Part shown: one piece after another, positions 11,001 to 23,000 of the stretch
Position numbering within the stretch: the first letter of the stretch is position 1
Layout: each line of letters starts with the position of its first letter
Assembly (NCBI GenBank): GCA_963666515.2
Contig: OY762897.2
Coordinates: forward strand, 3,904,001-3,968,000
Origin: Candidatus Binatia bacterium
Lineage (GTDB): Bacteria; Desulfobacterota; Binatia; UBA9968; JAJDTQ01
Length of the DNA: 64,000 nt
Reading direction: 5' to 3'
The notes under the pieces: model-generated
Database searches by the model: none
What the model was told of the DNA's origin: nothing
The model's input: only the letters and a program-made list of their open reading frames with translations
Position numbers and translations under genes: made by a program

Positions 11001-14000
11001 TCCCTTCGCGGGCGGCAGGGGGCACGCGCTGGTGGGCGCGCGGCACGAGTCGGCCCGCGGCGAGACCACGTTCGAGACCGAGCTGCACGCGACCGCGCCG
11101 GAGTGGCTGTCGGGGCATCGGGTGTTCGGACAGGTGGTGGCGCCGGCGGCGCTGTACGGGGCCATGGCGTCGAGCGCGGCGTCTTTGGCCGCGGGTCCCG
11201 GCTCCGCGGGCGGCGGGGTGGTGCTGGAGGACGCGCGGATACGCGGGCCGCTGGTGCTGCCGGAGGGGGAGGGTGACGGGGCCGAGCCGGGCCGCAGGGT
11301 GCAGGTGGTCGTCGGAACGGCGGAGGGATCAGGCCGGCGGACGGTGGCGATCTACAGCAAGGGAGACGAGGCGGCCGGGTGGGCGTTGCACCTCGAAGCG
11401 CGCGCCGCGGTGGAGGCGCCGTCGGCCGAAGCGGGTCCAGACCCGGAAACCGTGAGGAGGGGCTTGCGGGAGCGCGAAGCCGCGGAGTTCTATCGCGCGT
11501 TGGCGGCCGCGGGCATGGATTTCACGGGGCCGTTGCGCTCGGTGCGGGAGCTGTGGTGCGGACCGGGAGAGGCGGTGGGCGAGGTGTCGCTGGCGGAGGG
11601 GCTGGAGGAGCCGGGCGCCGCGGCGCACCCGGTCCTGCTGGACGGGTGTTTCCAGGTCATGGGCGCGGCGTTGGCGGACGGCGGGGAGGACGGGGCGTAC
11701 ATGCCTTTCGGCTGGGAGCGGCTGTGGGTGAAGGGGACGTGGCCGGAGCGGGTGACGTGCCACGCGCGCTTGCGGGAGTCCGGGGGCAATGGCGGGAGCG
11801 CGGGGTCCGGGGAGGTGATGGTCGCGGACCTGTGGGTGTACGGCGCGGAGGGAGCGTTGCTGGGGGCGGTGAGCGGGCTGGTGTTCAAGTGGGCGACGCG
11901 GGCGGCGTTCCTGGCCGCGGCCGGGGCATCGGCGGAACTGTTGTACACGCCGGTCTGGCGGGAGTCGGCGCGCGTGGTCCCGGCGCCGGGTCCGGCGGAG
12001 GCGGAAGAGGCGCCGGGGCTGTGGGTGGTGGCGTTGGACGAAGCGGGTGAGGGCATGGCGTTGGCGGAGGCGTTGGCGGCGCGGAATCAGCGGGTGGTCG
12101 CGGTGGCGGACGGACAGGCCGAGGGCGCGGAGGACGTGGCCGCGCCGGAGGTGGAGGAGGCTCCCGCGGGGGCGGGGTCCAGACCCGCTCCGGCGCCTCC
12201 CGGGGCATCGGCATTGCCCGGCGTGGAGGTGTTGCGGTCGGCGGTGGTGAGCCGGCAGGGGTGGCGGGTCCTGCTGGAGCGGCTCACGGAGGAGGCGGGG
12301 TTGCGGGGGGCGGTTCACCTGGGGGCGTTGGCCGGGCACGGCAATGGCGCGGGCGCGGCGGAGATGGCGGAAGACCTGAAGCGCGGGACCGGGAGCGCGC
12401 TGGCGATGGTCCAGGGACTGCTGGACGCGGGCGCGGAGCCGAGCGGCGGGACGTGGCTGGTGACGCGCGGGGGTCAGGTGGTGGACGGGGAGACGGAGGG
12501 CGAGCTTTCGGGGGCGGCGTTGTGGGGGATGGGAAAGACGCTGGCCTGGGAGGCCGGGCAACTGAAACCCCGGCTGGTGGACCTGGACCCGGAAGACCCC
12601 GGCGGGTTCGGGGGATTGGTGGAGGAGCTGCTGCACCCGGACCGCGAGGGCGAGGTGGCGTACCGCGGGGGCAGCCGGCGGGTGCTGCGTCTGGCGCGAG
12701 GGGGAGGGGGGACGGAGTCCCCGGGCAGGGCGGTCGAGGGGGAGAAGGCAAGGCCGGACGGGTCTTCGGCGCCGTTCCGGGCCGACGGGACGTACCTGGT
12801 GACGGGAGGACTGGGCGGGATCGGGATGGAGGTGGCGGGGTGGCTTGCCGCGGGAGGGGCGCGGAACATCGTGCTGAACGGGCGGCGGGAGCCCGGGGTG
12901 GAGGCGCTGGCCGCGGTGGAGGAGCTGCGGGCGCGCGGCGTGGACGTGCGGGTGGAGCTGGCGGACGTGGCCGACGGGGCCGCGGTGGCGGCGATGCTGG
13001 AGCGCGTGGAACGCGGGATGCCGCCATTGGCGGGGGTGTTCCACAGCGTCGGAGTGTTGGCGGACGCGTCGGTGATGAACCAGGACTGGGAGCGGTTCGA
13101 GCGGGTGTTGTGGCCGAAGGTGATGGGGGCGTGGCACCTGCACCGGGCCACCGCGGAGCGGGAGCTGGAACTGTTCGTGCTCTTCACCAGCGTGGCGGGA
13201 GTCCTGGGGAATGCGGGGCAGGCGAACTACGCCGCGGCCAATGCCTTCCTGGACCAGTTGGCGCGGCACCGCCGGGGGGCGGGACTGGCGGGGCAGTCCA
13301 TCGCGTGGGGTGCCTGGTCGGGCGTGGGGGAGGCGGACGAGCAGCGCGACCGGATCGGTGAGCGGTTGGCGGCCGTGGGCGTGGGCTGGATGACGGCGCA
13401 GCAGGGACTGGGGGCGCTGGACCGGGTGTTGCGCGGGGGAGCGCCCACCAGCGTGGCGGTGTTGATGGACTGGCGGTTGTACGGAGAGCGGGTGAAGGAC
13501 GCGCCGCCGTTGCTGGAGGAGCTGGTGGCGGCGCCCGCGGGCGGCGGTCCGGAGCCCGGTCTGGAGTTGCTGGACCGGCTGCGGGGAGTGCGGGAGCCGG
13601 AGCGGGAAGGGGTGCTGCTGGAGTTCGTGCAGCGGGAGTTGCAGGGGGTGTTGCAGACGCCCACGTTGCCGGCCGCGGGGATGGGCTTTTTCGACCTGGG
13701 GATGGACTCGTTGATGGCGGTGGAGCTGCGGAACCGTCTGAACCGGGGATTGGGGGGCGTTGCGGTGTTGTCGAGCACGGTGGTGTTCGACCACGGCAGT
13801 CCGGCGGCGTTGGCGCGTCATCTGGCGGAGCAGTTGGGAGTCCTGGCGGGGCCGGAGATGCGCCGGGCGGCGCTCCGCGGCAGGGCGGCCGGAGCGGACG
13901 AGGGGATCGCGATCGTGGGGCTGGCGTGCCGGTTTCCCGGCGGAGGCGGAGTGGATGGATTCTGGCGCCTGCTGGAGTCGGGAGGGGATGGGGTGAGGGA

Positions 14001-17000
14001 GGGTCGGAAGAACCCGCCGCCCGGGGCATACGGGGGAGCGGGCGGAGGGGAGCCGTCGATACGGTGGGGCGGATTCGTGGAGGGGGTGGAGTTGTTCGAC
14101 GCGGAGTTCTTCGGGATAGCCTCGGCGGAGGCGGAGTTGCTGGACCCTCAGCAGCGGTTGCTGCTGGAGGCGAGCTGGCAGGCGCTGGAGTCCGCGGCGA
14201 TCGACGCGCGGAGGTTGAGGGGCAGCCGCACCGGGGTCTACGCGGGGATCTTCACCAGCGACTACCGGGAGCTGGTGCTGCGGGACGAGTCGGTGAGCGC
14301 GTACATGGCCACCGGCACCAGCGCGGCGACGGCCATCGGCCGGGTGGCGTTCACGCTGGGGCTGGAAGGGCCGGTGCTGGCGGTGGACACGGCGTGCTCG
14401 TCGTCGCTGGTGGCGGTGCACCAAGCGGTGGTGGGGTTGCAGCGGGGCGATACGGACTTGGCGCTGGCGGGCGGGGTGAACGTGATGTTGTCGGCCGCGG
14501 TGACCGAATCGGCGGTGAAAGCGGGGATGCTGTCGCCGGACGGGCGCTGCAAGACGTTCGACGCGTCGGCGAACGGGTACGTCCGCGGCGAGGGCTGCGG
14601 GATGGTAGTGCTGAAGCGGCTGCGGGACGCGGAGGCGGACGGGGACCGGATCTGGGCGGTGATCCGTGGATCGGCGGTGAACCACGACGGTGCGAGCGCG
14701 GGGCTGACGGTTCCGAGCGGTCCGGCGCAGGAGCGCGTGATCGGCGCGGCGTTGGCGCAGGCGGGGCTGTCGCCGGCGGAGGTGGACTACCTGGAGGCGC
14801 ACGGGACCGGGACGGAGTTGGGGGACCCGATCGAGGTGAACGCCGCGGCCGCGGCCTATGGCGCGGGCCGGGAAGCGGACCGGCCGTTGCTGCTGGGGTC
14901 GGCGAAGACGAACGTCGGTCACATGGAGGCAGCCGCGGGGGTAGGGGGACTGATCAAGGTGGTGCTGTCGATGGCGCACGGGGTGATCCCCAAGAGCCTG
15001 CATTTTCGGGAGCCGAATCCGCACGTGGACTGGGAGGGGCTGCCGGTGCGGGTGGTGTCGGAGCAGGAGGAGTGGCCGGTGCGGGAGGGGACGCCGGCGC
15101 GGGCGGGGGTGAGTTCGTTCGGGTTTTCGGGGACCAACGCGCACGTGGTGGTGGAGGGGTATGGGGACGCGTCGGAGCAGAGGAAAGGGCTGACGGGTTC
15201 CGGGCGGGCGGTGCCGGTGGGACGGCCGGACGGGCTGGCGGAGGAAGGGCCGGAAAGTGGAGTCGAGTGTGAGGCACGGGAGCGCCGGCTGCTGGCGTTG
15301 TCGGGTCGGACGGAGGGAGCGGTGCGGGAGTTGGCGGGTCGTTACGTGGAGTGGCTGGATGAGCGGGGGCCGTGGACGGACGAGAGTGTCGAGGATGGGG
15401 ATTCGTCCGGGCGGGAGAGGTTGGCGGACATGGCGTGGACGGCCGGAGTGGGGCGGAGCCATCACGGACATCGCGCGGGGGTGACGTTTGCGGGTGTCGA
15501 GGAGTTGCAGGGGAAGCTGGGGGAGTTGGCGGAGGGGAGGAGCGCGCCGGGGGTGGCGGCGGGATCGCGGGCGGCGCGGGAGAGCGAGGAGGCGCCGAAG
15601 GTGGGCTTTCTGTTCACGGGCCAGGGGAGCCAGTGGGCGGGGATGGGCCGCGGGTTGTACGAGCGGGAGCCGGTGTTCCGCGGGGTCCTGGACCGTTGCG
15701 ATGCCGCGGTTCGGGATCTGCGCGGGGAGTCGCTGCTGGAGGTGATGTTCGGGGAGGAGGGAGCCGAGGGGCCTTTGGACGACACGCGGTGGACGCAGCC
15801 CGGGTTGTACGCGCTGGAGGCGGGTTTGTGCGAGTTGTGGGCGAGCGTGGGGGTGAGGCCCGTGGCGGTGCTGGGGCACAGTGTCGGGGAGATAGCGGCG
15901 GCGTATGCGGCGGGGGTTTGGACGCTGGAGGAAGGGGTGCGGTTTGCGGCGCGGCGCGGAGAGTTGATGGGGAATTTGCCGGTGTCGGGGCCGAGTGCGG
16001 GAGCGATGGCCGCGGTGTTCACGACAGCGGTGGGAGTGGAGGATCTGGTGGCGGAGTTGAACGGGACGAGGAGGGGAGAGGATTGGCTGAGCGTGGCGGC
16101 CTACAACGGAGCGCACCAGGTGGTGAGCGGCGCGGCCGGGGCGGTGGAGGCTCTGCTGGAGCAATGTGAGGAGAACGGGATACGCGCGGCTCGATTGCGT
16201 GTGAGCCACGGGTTCCACAGCGTGCTGATGGAGCCGGTGCTGGAGGAGTTGGAGGGGCTGCTGGAGGGGGTGGGTGTATCGGCGCCCGGGGTGGATTTGG
16301 TGAGCAACGTGACCGGGCGGGTGTTGGGGTCGGGAGAGTTGATGGACGGGGCGTACTGGCGGCGTCACGCCCGGGAGCCGGTGGCGTTCGGGGCGGGGGT
16401 GGCGGCGTTGTCGGAGACGGGGGTGGAGGTGCTGGTGGAACTGGGGCCGGGGCCGGTGCTGGGCGGGATGGCGGCATTGGCGTGGCCGCAGGAGGAGAGC
16501 GAGGGGAGGAAGCCGTCCGGGTCGGGGCCCTGGGGGCCGGTGATGGTGTCGAGTCTCAGGGGCAAGGGGGCGGACGGCGGCGCGGGAACGTCGGACGGTG
16601 GGTTCGTGGATGCGGTGGCGGTGGCGTATGCGGCCGGGTTGGAGGTGGGCTTCGCGGGCCTGTTCGTGGGAGAGGAGCGGCGCCGGGTGTCGTTGCCGGG
16701 GTATCCCTTCCAGCGGCAGCCGTACTGGATGGATGGGCTGGAGCGCGGTCCGCGGGCGGGAGCCGCGGGTGATGCGCTGCTGTCGGCGGCGGCTCGCGGC
16801 AAGGATCTGCTGTACGAAGTGAAGTGGCGGGACGTTGCGGTGGAGGGGGCGGCCGCATCGGCAACCGGACGGTTGCTCGTGGTGGACGGGAGCGGCGGGG
16901 AGTCGCCGTTGGCGGACGGGTTGGCCGGCGCGTTGGAGGGCTGCGGGGTGTCGGTGACGCGGGCGCCGGACCGGGAGCCGGCGGGGCTGCTGGCAATGGT

Positions 17001-20000
17001 CGCGCCCGGCGATGGTGACGGCAATGGAGCCGCTGCGGAGGGGCCGGCGGGAGCTTCGGATGCGTTGGCCGGGATCGTGCTGGCGGCGCCGTCGTGGCAA
17101 TGGCACCCGGATTCCCTGACCGAGCCGCTGGAGTGGCTGCTGGAGCTGGTCCAGGGGTTGGCGGCGTCCGCGGTGTCGTTGCCGCTGGGAGTGTGCGTGG
17201 TGACGCAGTCCGGGGTGGCGGCATCGCCTGGAGAGGCCGTGGATCCGGTGGCCGCGAGCCTCTGGGGCTTCGGGCGGAGCATGCAGGTGGAGCAGCCCGG
17301 GTTGGGGCTGCGGCTGGTGGACCTGGAGCCGGCCGCGGGCGACGGGGTTTCGGGGGAGCGGCCGCCCGAGGGATCCGCGGAGTTGGCCGCGGCGCTGGTG
17401 GGGGCGTGCGGCGAGAACCAGTTGGCGGCCCGGGGCGGGGGTCTGCTGGCGCCGCGGCTGGAGCGGATGGGAGATGAGCGGGCCGGACCGGCGGCCGGCA
17501 CGGCGGTGGTGAGCGGTGAGGGGAGCTACCTGGTGACGGGAGGGCTGGGGTACCTGGGCCTGGAATTGGCGGAGTGGCTGGCGCGTGAGGGTGCGCGGCA
17601 CGTGGTGCTGGTGAGCCGGCGCGCGCCGGACGAAGAGACGCGCGCCCGGCTGGATGGGCTGGAACGGGAGACCGGGTGCCGGTTGCTGACGGAACGCGTG
17701 GACGTCGGCGACGGCGCGCAGGCGGCGGCTTTGCTGGGGCGGTTCGCGGCGCCCGCAGAGGGAGCGGCGGCGGACGCCGAGTGGCCGCGGCTGCTGGGAG
17801 TGTTCCATGCCGCGGGGGTGGTGGACGAGGAGGCGGCGGTGACCGAGCAGACCGCGGCGCGGCTGGCGGGGGTGATGCGGGGGAAGGCGCTGGGGGCGTG
17901 GCATCTGCACCTCGGGACCGCGGAGCGGGGGCTGGAGTTGTTCGTGCTGTACTCGTCGGTCTCCTCGGTGTGGGCCTTGCCGCGCCAGAGCGGTTACGCC
18001 GCGGCCAACGCTTTTCTGGACGGGTTGGCGGCGTTGCGGCGGAGCCGGGGGCTGGCGGCGACGAGCGTGTGCTGGGGACCGTGGGGCGGGGGCGGAATGG
18101 GCCGTGAGGCGGAGGTGGAATCGTGGATGACGCGGCAGGGACTGGGGCTGTTGAGCGCGGGGACCGCGCACGCGGGGCTGGAAGAGTTGCTGAGGCGGGA
18201 CCGGGCCGCGGGGGTGGTGCTGGACGCGGACTGGGCGCGGGTGGGAGCGGTGCTGGGAGAGGAGACGCCGCCGCTGCTGTCGGCCCTGGTGCTGGAGGCG
18301 GAGGGACCGGAAGCGCGGGAGAGCGGTCTGCCGGAGGACTTGCGCGGGGCGCGGCCGTCGGAGCGGGAGAGCCTGGTGTTGGAGTTCGTGCAGGGGGAAT
18401 TGCAGGGGGTGTTGGGTCTGCCGGCGCCGCCGGAGCCCGAGGTGGGGTTCTTCGACCTGGGGATGGACTCGCTCATGGCGGTGGAGTTCCGCAGCCGGGT
18501 GAACCGGCGGCTGTCCGGGGCGCACGTGCTGTCGAGCACCGCGGCGTTCGACTACCCGACTCCGGCGGCCCTGGCGCGCCACCTGGCGGAAGCGCTTGGG
18601 GTTGTGGAAGCGGCCGAGGCGCCGGCGCATCGGGTGCCGATGCCGCGTGGCGACGAGGGGATCGCGGTGGTGGGGATCGCGTGCCGTTTCCCCGGCGGCG
18701 CCGGCGCCGAGGGGTTCTGGCGCTTGCTGGAGTCGGGCGGAGACGCGGTGACCGAGGGGCGCGGCAGCCCGCTCCAGGGATTGGGGACCGCCGCGGTCCC
18801 GGACGACGGGCGGTGCATCGGCCCGGGCGGGTTCATCGAGGGCGTGGACCTGTTCGACGCGGAGTTTTTCCGCATCGCCCCGGTGGAGGCGCGGTTGCTG
18901 GACCCGCAGCAGCGGCTGCTGCTGGAGACGAGTTGGGAGGCGCTGGAGAACGCGGGGATGGACGCGGGCGGTCTGAGAGGGAGCCGGACGGGGGTGTACG
19001 CGGGCATTTCGAGCCACGACTACGTGGACGTGATGGCCGCCGCGGGCGCGTGGGATGAGGCCACCCTGTACCTGGCGTCGGGGAACAGCGGCGCCACGGC
19101 CATCGGGCGGGTGGCCTTCACGCTGGGGTTCGAGGGTCCCGCGGTGGCGGTGGACACGGCGTGCTCGTCGTCCCTGGTGGCGGTGCACCAGGCGGTGTCG
19201 GGCTTGCAGCGGAGGGAGGCGGACCTGGCGCTGGCGGCCGGGGTGAACGTGCTGTTGTCGCCGGTGCCGAGCGAGGCGCTCCGGTCCGGGGGGGCGCTGT
19301 CGCCGGACGGGCGGTGCAAGACGTTCGATGCGTCCGCGGACGGGTATGGCAGATCGGAGGGCTGCGGGGTGGTGGTGCTGAAGCGGCTGGCTGAGGCGGA
19401 AGCCGACGGGGACCGGATCTGGGGAGTGATCCGGGGCGCCGCGGTGAACCATGACGGCGCCAGCGCCGGGCTGACGGTGCCCAACGGGCCGGCGCAGGAG
19501 CGCGTGATCGGAGAGGCGCTGGCGCGGGCGGGTTGGGCGCCCGGGGAGGTGGACTACCTGGAGACGCACGGCACCGGCACCGAGCTGGGAGACCCCATCG
19601 AAGTCGGCGCCGCGGCCGCGGCCTACGGTCCCGGCCGCGACGCCGGGCGTCCGCTGCTGCTGGGGTCGGCGAAGACCAACGTGGGGCACCTGGAGGCCGC
19701 GGCCGGGGTGGCGGGACTGATCAAGGTGCTGCTGTCCATGGCCCACGGGGTGATCCCCAAGCACCTCCACTTCCGGGAGCCGACGCCGCACGTGGACTGG
19801 CAGCGGCTCCCGGTGCGGGTGGTGTCGGAGTCCGAGGGTTGGCCGCCGGCGGGCGGGCGCCCGGCGCGGGCCGGCATCAGCTCGTTCGGATTCTCGGGAA
19901 CCAATGCCCACGTGCTGGTGGAAGAGCACGGCGCCGTTGCAGCGGCCAGCACCCGTCATTCCGGCGAAAAGCCTGCCCCGTACTTGATACGGGGCCGGAA

Positions 20001-23000
20001 TCCAGTGGCGGGAGGCGCGGGGCCGGCGGTAGCGGTGGGGTGGCCTGAAGGCGCATCGGAGTTCCGCCCGGCGGACGGGAGCGCCGGCGGCGCGGGAGTC
20101 CGGGAGCGCCGGCTGCTGGCGTTGTCGGGGCGGACGGATGCGGCGTTGCGGGAGTTGGCGGGGCGCTACGTGGACTGGCTGGAGGAGCAGGCGCCGTCGC
20201 CGGAGTCCGGCGGCGCGGATACGGGCTTGTCGGAGAACGAGTGGCTGGCGGACGTGGCGTGGACCGCCGGGGTCGGGCGGAGTCATCACCGTCACCGCGC
20301 CGGGGTGACGTTCGCGGCCGCGGCGGAGTTGCGGGAGAAGCTGGCGGCGTTGGCGGCCGGCGGCGAGGCCGCCGGAGCGGCATTGGGGTCGGTGGCCGCG
20401 GCGGAGAGCGGGGACGGGCCCAAGGTGGGGTTCCTGTTCACCGGCCAAGGGAGCCAGTGGGTGGGGATGGGGCGGGAGCTGTACGAGCGGGAGCCGGTGT
20501 TCCGGGCGGTGCTGGACCGTTGCGAGGCCGTGGTCCGGGAGCTTCGCGGAGAGTCGTTGCTGGCGGTGACGTTCGGAGACCGCGGAAACGCCGGGTCCCT
20601 GGACGACACCCGCTGGACGCAGCCGGCCCTGTATGCGCTGGAGGCGGGGCTGTGCGCGCTGTGGGCGAGCGTGGGGGTGAGGCCCTGGGCGGTGCTGGGG
20701 CACAGCGTGGGCGAGATCGCTGCAGCCCATGCCGCGGGGGTGTTCTCGCTGGAGGCGGGGATCCGGTTCGCGGCGCAGCGCGGCGAGTTGATGGGGTCGC
20801 TGCCCGCAACGGGGCCGGAGGCCGGCGCCATGGCCGCGGTGTTCGCGCCCGCCGGATACGTGGAGGAATTGGTCCGGGGGTTGAACGGCGCGGGACTGGG
20901 CGTCGCGGCGTACAACGGCGCGCACCAGGTGGTGAGCGGGTTGGTCGGGGCGGTGGACGAGCTTCTGGAGCGGTGCGGATCGGCGGGCGTGCGGGCGGAG
21001 CGGTTGCGGGTGAGCCACGGCTTCCACAGCGAGCTGATGGAGCCGGTCCTGGACGAGTTGGCGGGCCGGCTGGCCGGCGTGGAGCTTGCGGCGCCCAGGG
21101 TGGCATTCGTGAGCAACGTGACCGGCGAGGCGCTGGCGGAGGGGGCGGCGCTGGACGGGACCTACTGGCGGCGGCAGGCGCGGGAGCCGGTGGCGTTCGC
21201 CGCGGGGGTGAGAGCGCTGGCGGGGCTGGGAGTGGACGTGCTGGTGGAGGTGGGGCCGCGGCCGGTGCTGGGGACGATGGCGGCGCTGGCGTGGCCGGAC
21301 GAGGACGAAGAGGAAGGAGGCGCGGCCGGGATGTCTTCGGGACCGGGTCCCGCGCGCCCGGTGCTGCTGTCGAGCCTCGACCGGAGATCGCGCGGGGGCG
21401 ACGGGGACGGCCCGGGACCGCCGGAGGGCGGGTTCGTGGAGGCGGTGGCGCGCGCTTACGCGTCGGGATTGACGGTGAGCTTCGAGGGGCTGTTCGCGGG
21501 CGAGGAGCGGCGCCGGGCGTCGTTGCCCGGCTATCCGTTCCAGCGGCAGCGGTACTGGGCGGACGCGCCCAGGCGGCGCCGCCGGATCGAGGGCGCGGAC
21601 CACCCGTTGCTGGGCGCGCGCCGGGAGTCGGCCAGCGGCGAGACCACCTTCGAGACCGTCCTGTATGCCGCCGAGCCGGAGTGGCTGGCGGAGCACCGCG
21701 TGTTCGGGCGGGTGGCGGCGCCGGGGGCCATGTACGGCGTGATGGCGCTGAGCGCGGCGTCGCCGTCAGCGGGGCCGTCGCACGCGAAGGGCGCCGGGGC
21801 CGCGGTGGAGGACGTGCAGATCCACGCGCCGCTGGTGCTGCCGGAAGGGGACGACGGCGGCGAAGGGCCGGGCCGGACCGTGCAGGTGGTGGTGAGCGCG
21901 GCCGACGGATCGAGGCGGAGGTCCGTAAAGATCTACAGCAGGGGAGAGGACGAGGGCGAGTGGACGCTGCACGCGGAGGCCCGCACGGGGGGCGGCGGCG
22001 CGGTGCGGGAAGCCCGGGCCGGGTCGGACCTGGAGGCATTGAAAGAGACCCTGTCGGAGCAGGACCCCGCGGCGTTCTATCGCGTCTTTGCGGCCGCGGG
22101 GGTGGAGTTCGGAGGATCGTTCCGCACCGTGCGCAGGCTCTGGCGCGCGCCCGGCGAGGCCGTGGGTGAAGTGGCGCTGGCTGAAGGGCGCGGCCTCGAA
22201 GAGGCGGGGGCCGCGGTCCATCCCGTGCTGCTGGACGGCTGTTTCCAGGTCGTCGGAGCGGCGATCCGGGAGGCGGAGGAGGCGCGGACCGGCGCTGATG
22301 AAGACGGCGTCACCTACCTGCCTTTCGGATGGGAACGCCTGTGGGTGGGCGGGACGTTGCCGGACCGCGCGACCTGCCACGCGCGGCTGCGGCAGCCGTC
22401 CGGTGCGGAAGCCGGCGGCCGGGACGCGCCGGGAGAGGTCCTCGCCGCGGACCTGTGGCTGTACGGCGAGGACGCCACGCTGCTGGGCGCGGTGGCGGGC
22501 CTGGTGTTGAAGCGGGCGACGCCGGCGGCGTTCCTGTCGGGCGCCGGACGGACGGACGATCTGCTGTACGCGCCGGTGTGGCGGGAGGCGGGCTCCGCGG
22601 GCGCGCTGCGGCCGGCGGATTTCCTGCTGTCTCCCGAGGCCGCGGCGTCGGGCGCGGGGTCGCTCGAGGACCACCTGGCCGCGGAGGGGTTGTCGGTGCG
22701 CGCGGTCTCGGCCCTGCTGGCGGACTTGGAGCGTCTGTCCCGGGGCTATGCGGTGGCGGCGTTGGACCGCCTGGGATGGCGGCGTGAGCGCGGCGCGGAG
22801 GTGGCGCAGGAGGAGTTGCGCCGGCGGCTCAACGTGGTGGCGGAGCAGGCGAACCTGTTCGGCCGCGTGCTGGCCCTGGCCGCGGGCGGGGGGGTGCTGG
22901 AGCGGGCGTCGGGGGCCGGGGGCCCGTCGTGGCGGGTGCTGCCGGGCGCCGGCGAGGGGTTGCCGGACGGAGAGTTGCCCGACCCGGCGGCGTTGGCCGC

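Noticed and set aside
11329-21696. Very long antisense ORFs (3455 aa here; also 136-3249, 3310-7839, 30684-37937, 45652-52830 and others)
   Set aside because: Shadow ORFs of GC-rich PKS genes: Arg/Pro/His/Gln-rich, no domain motifs, fully overlapping well-supported + strand genes.
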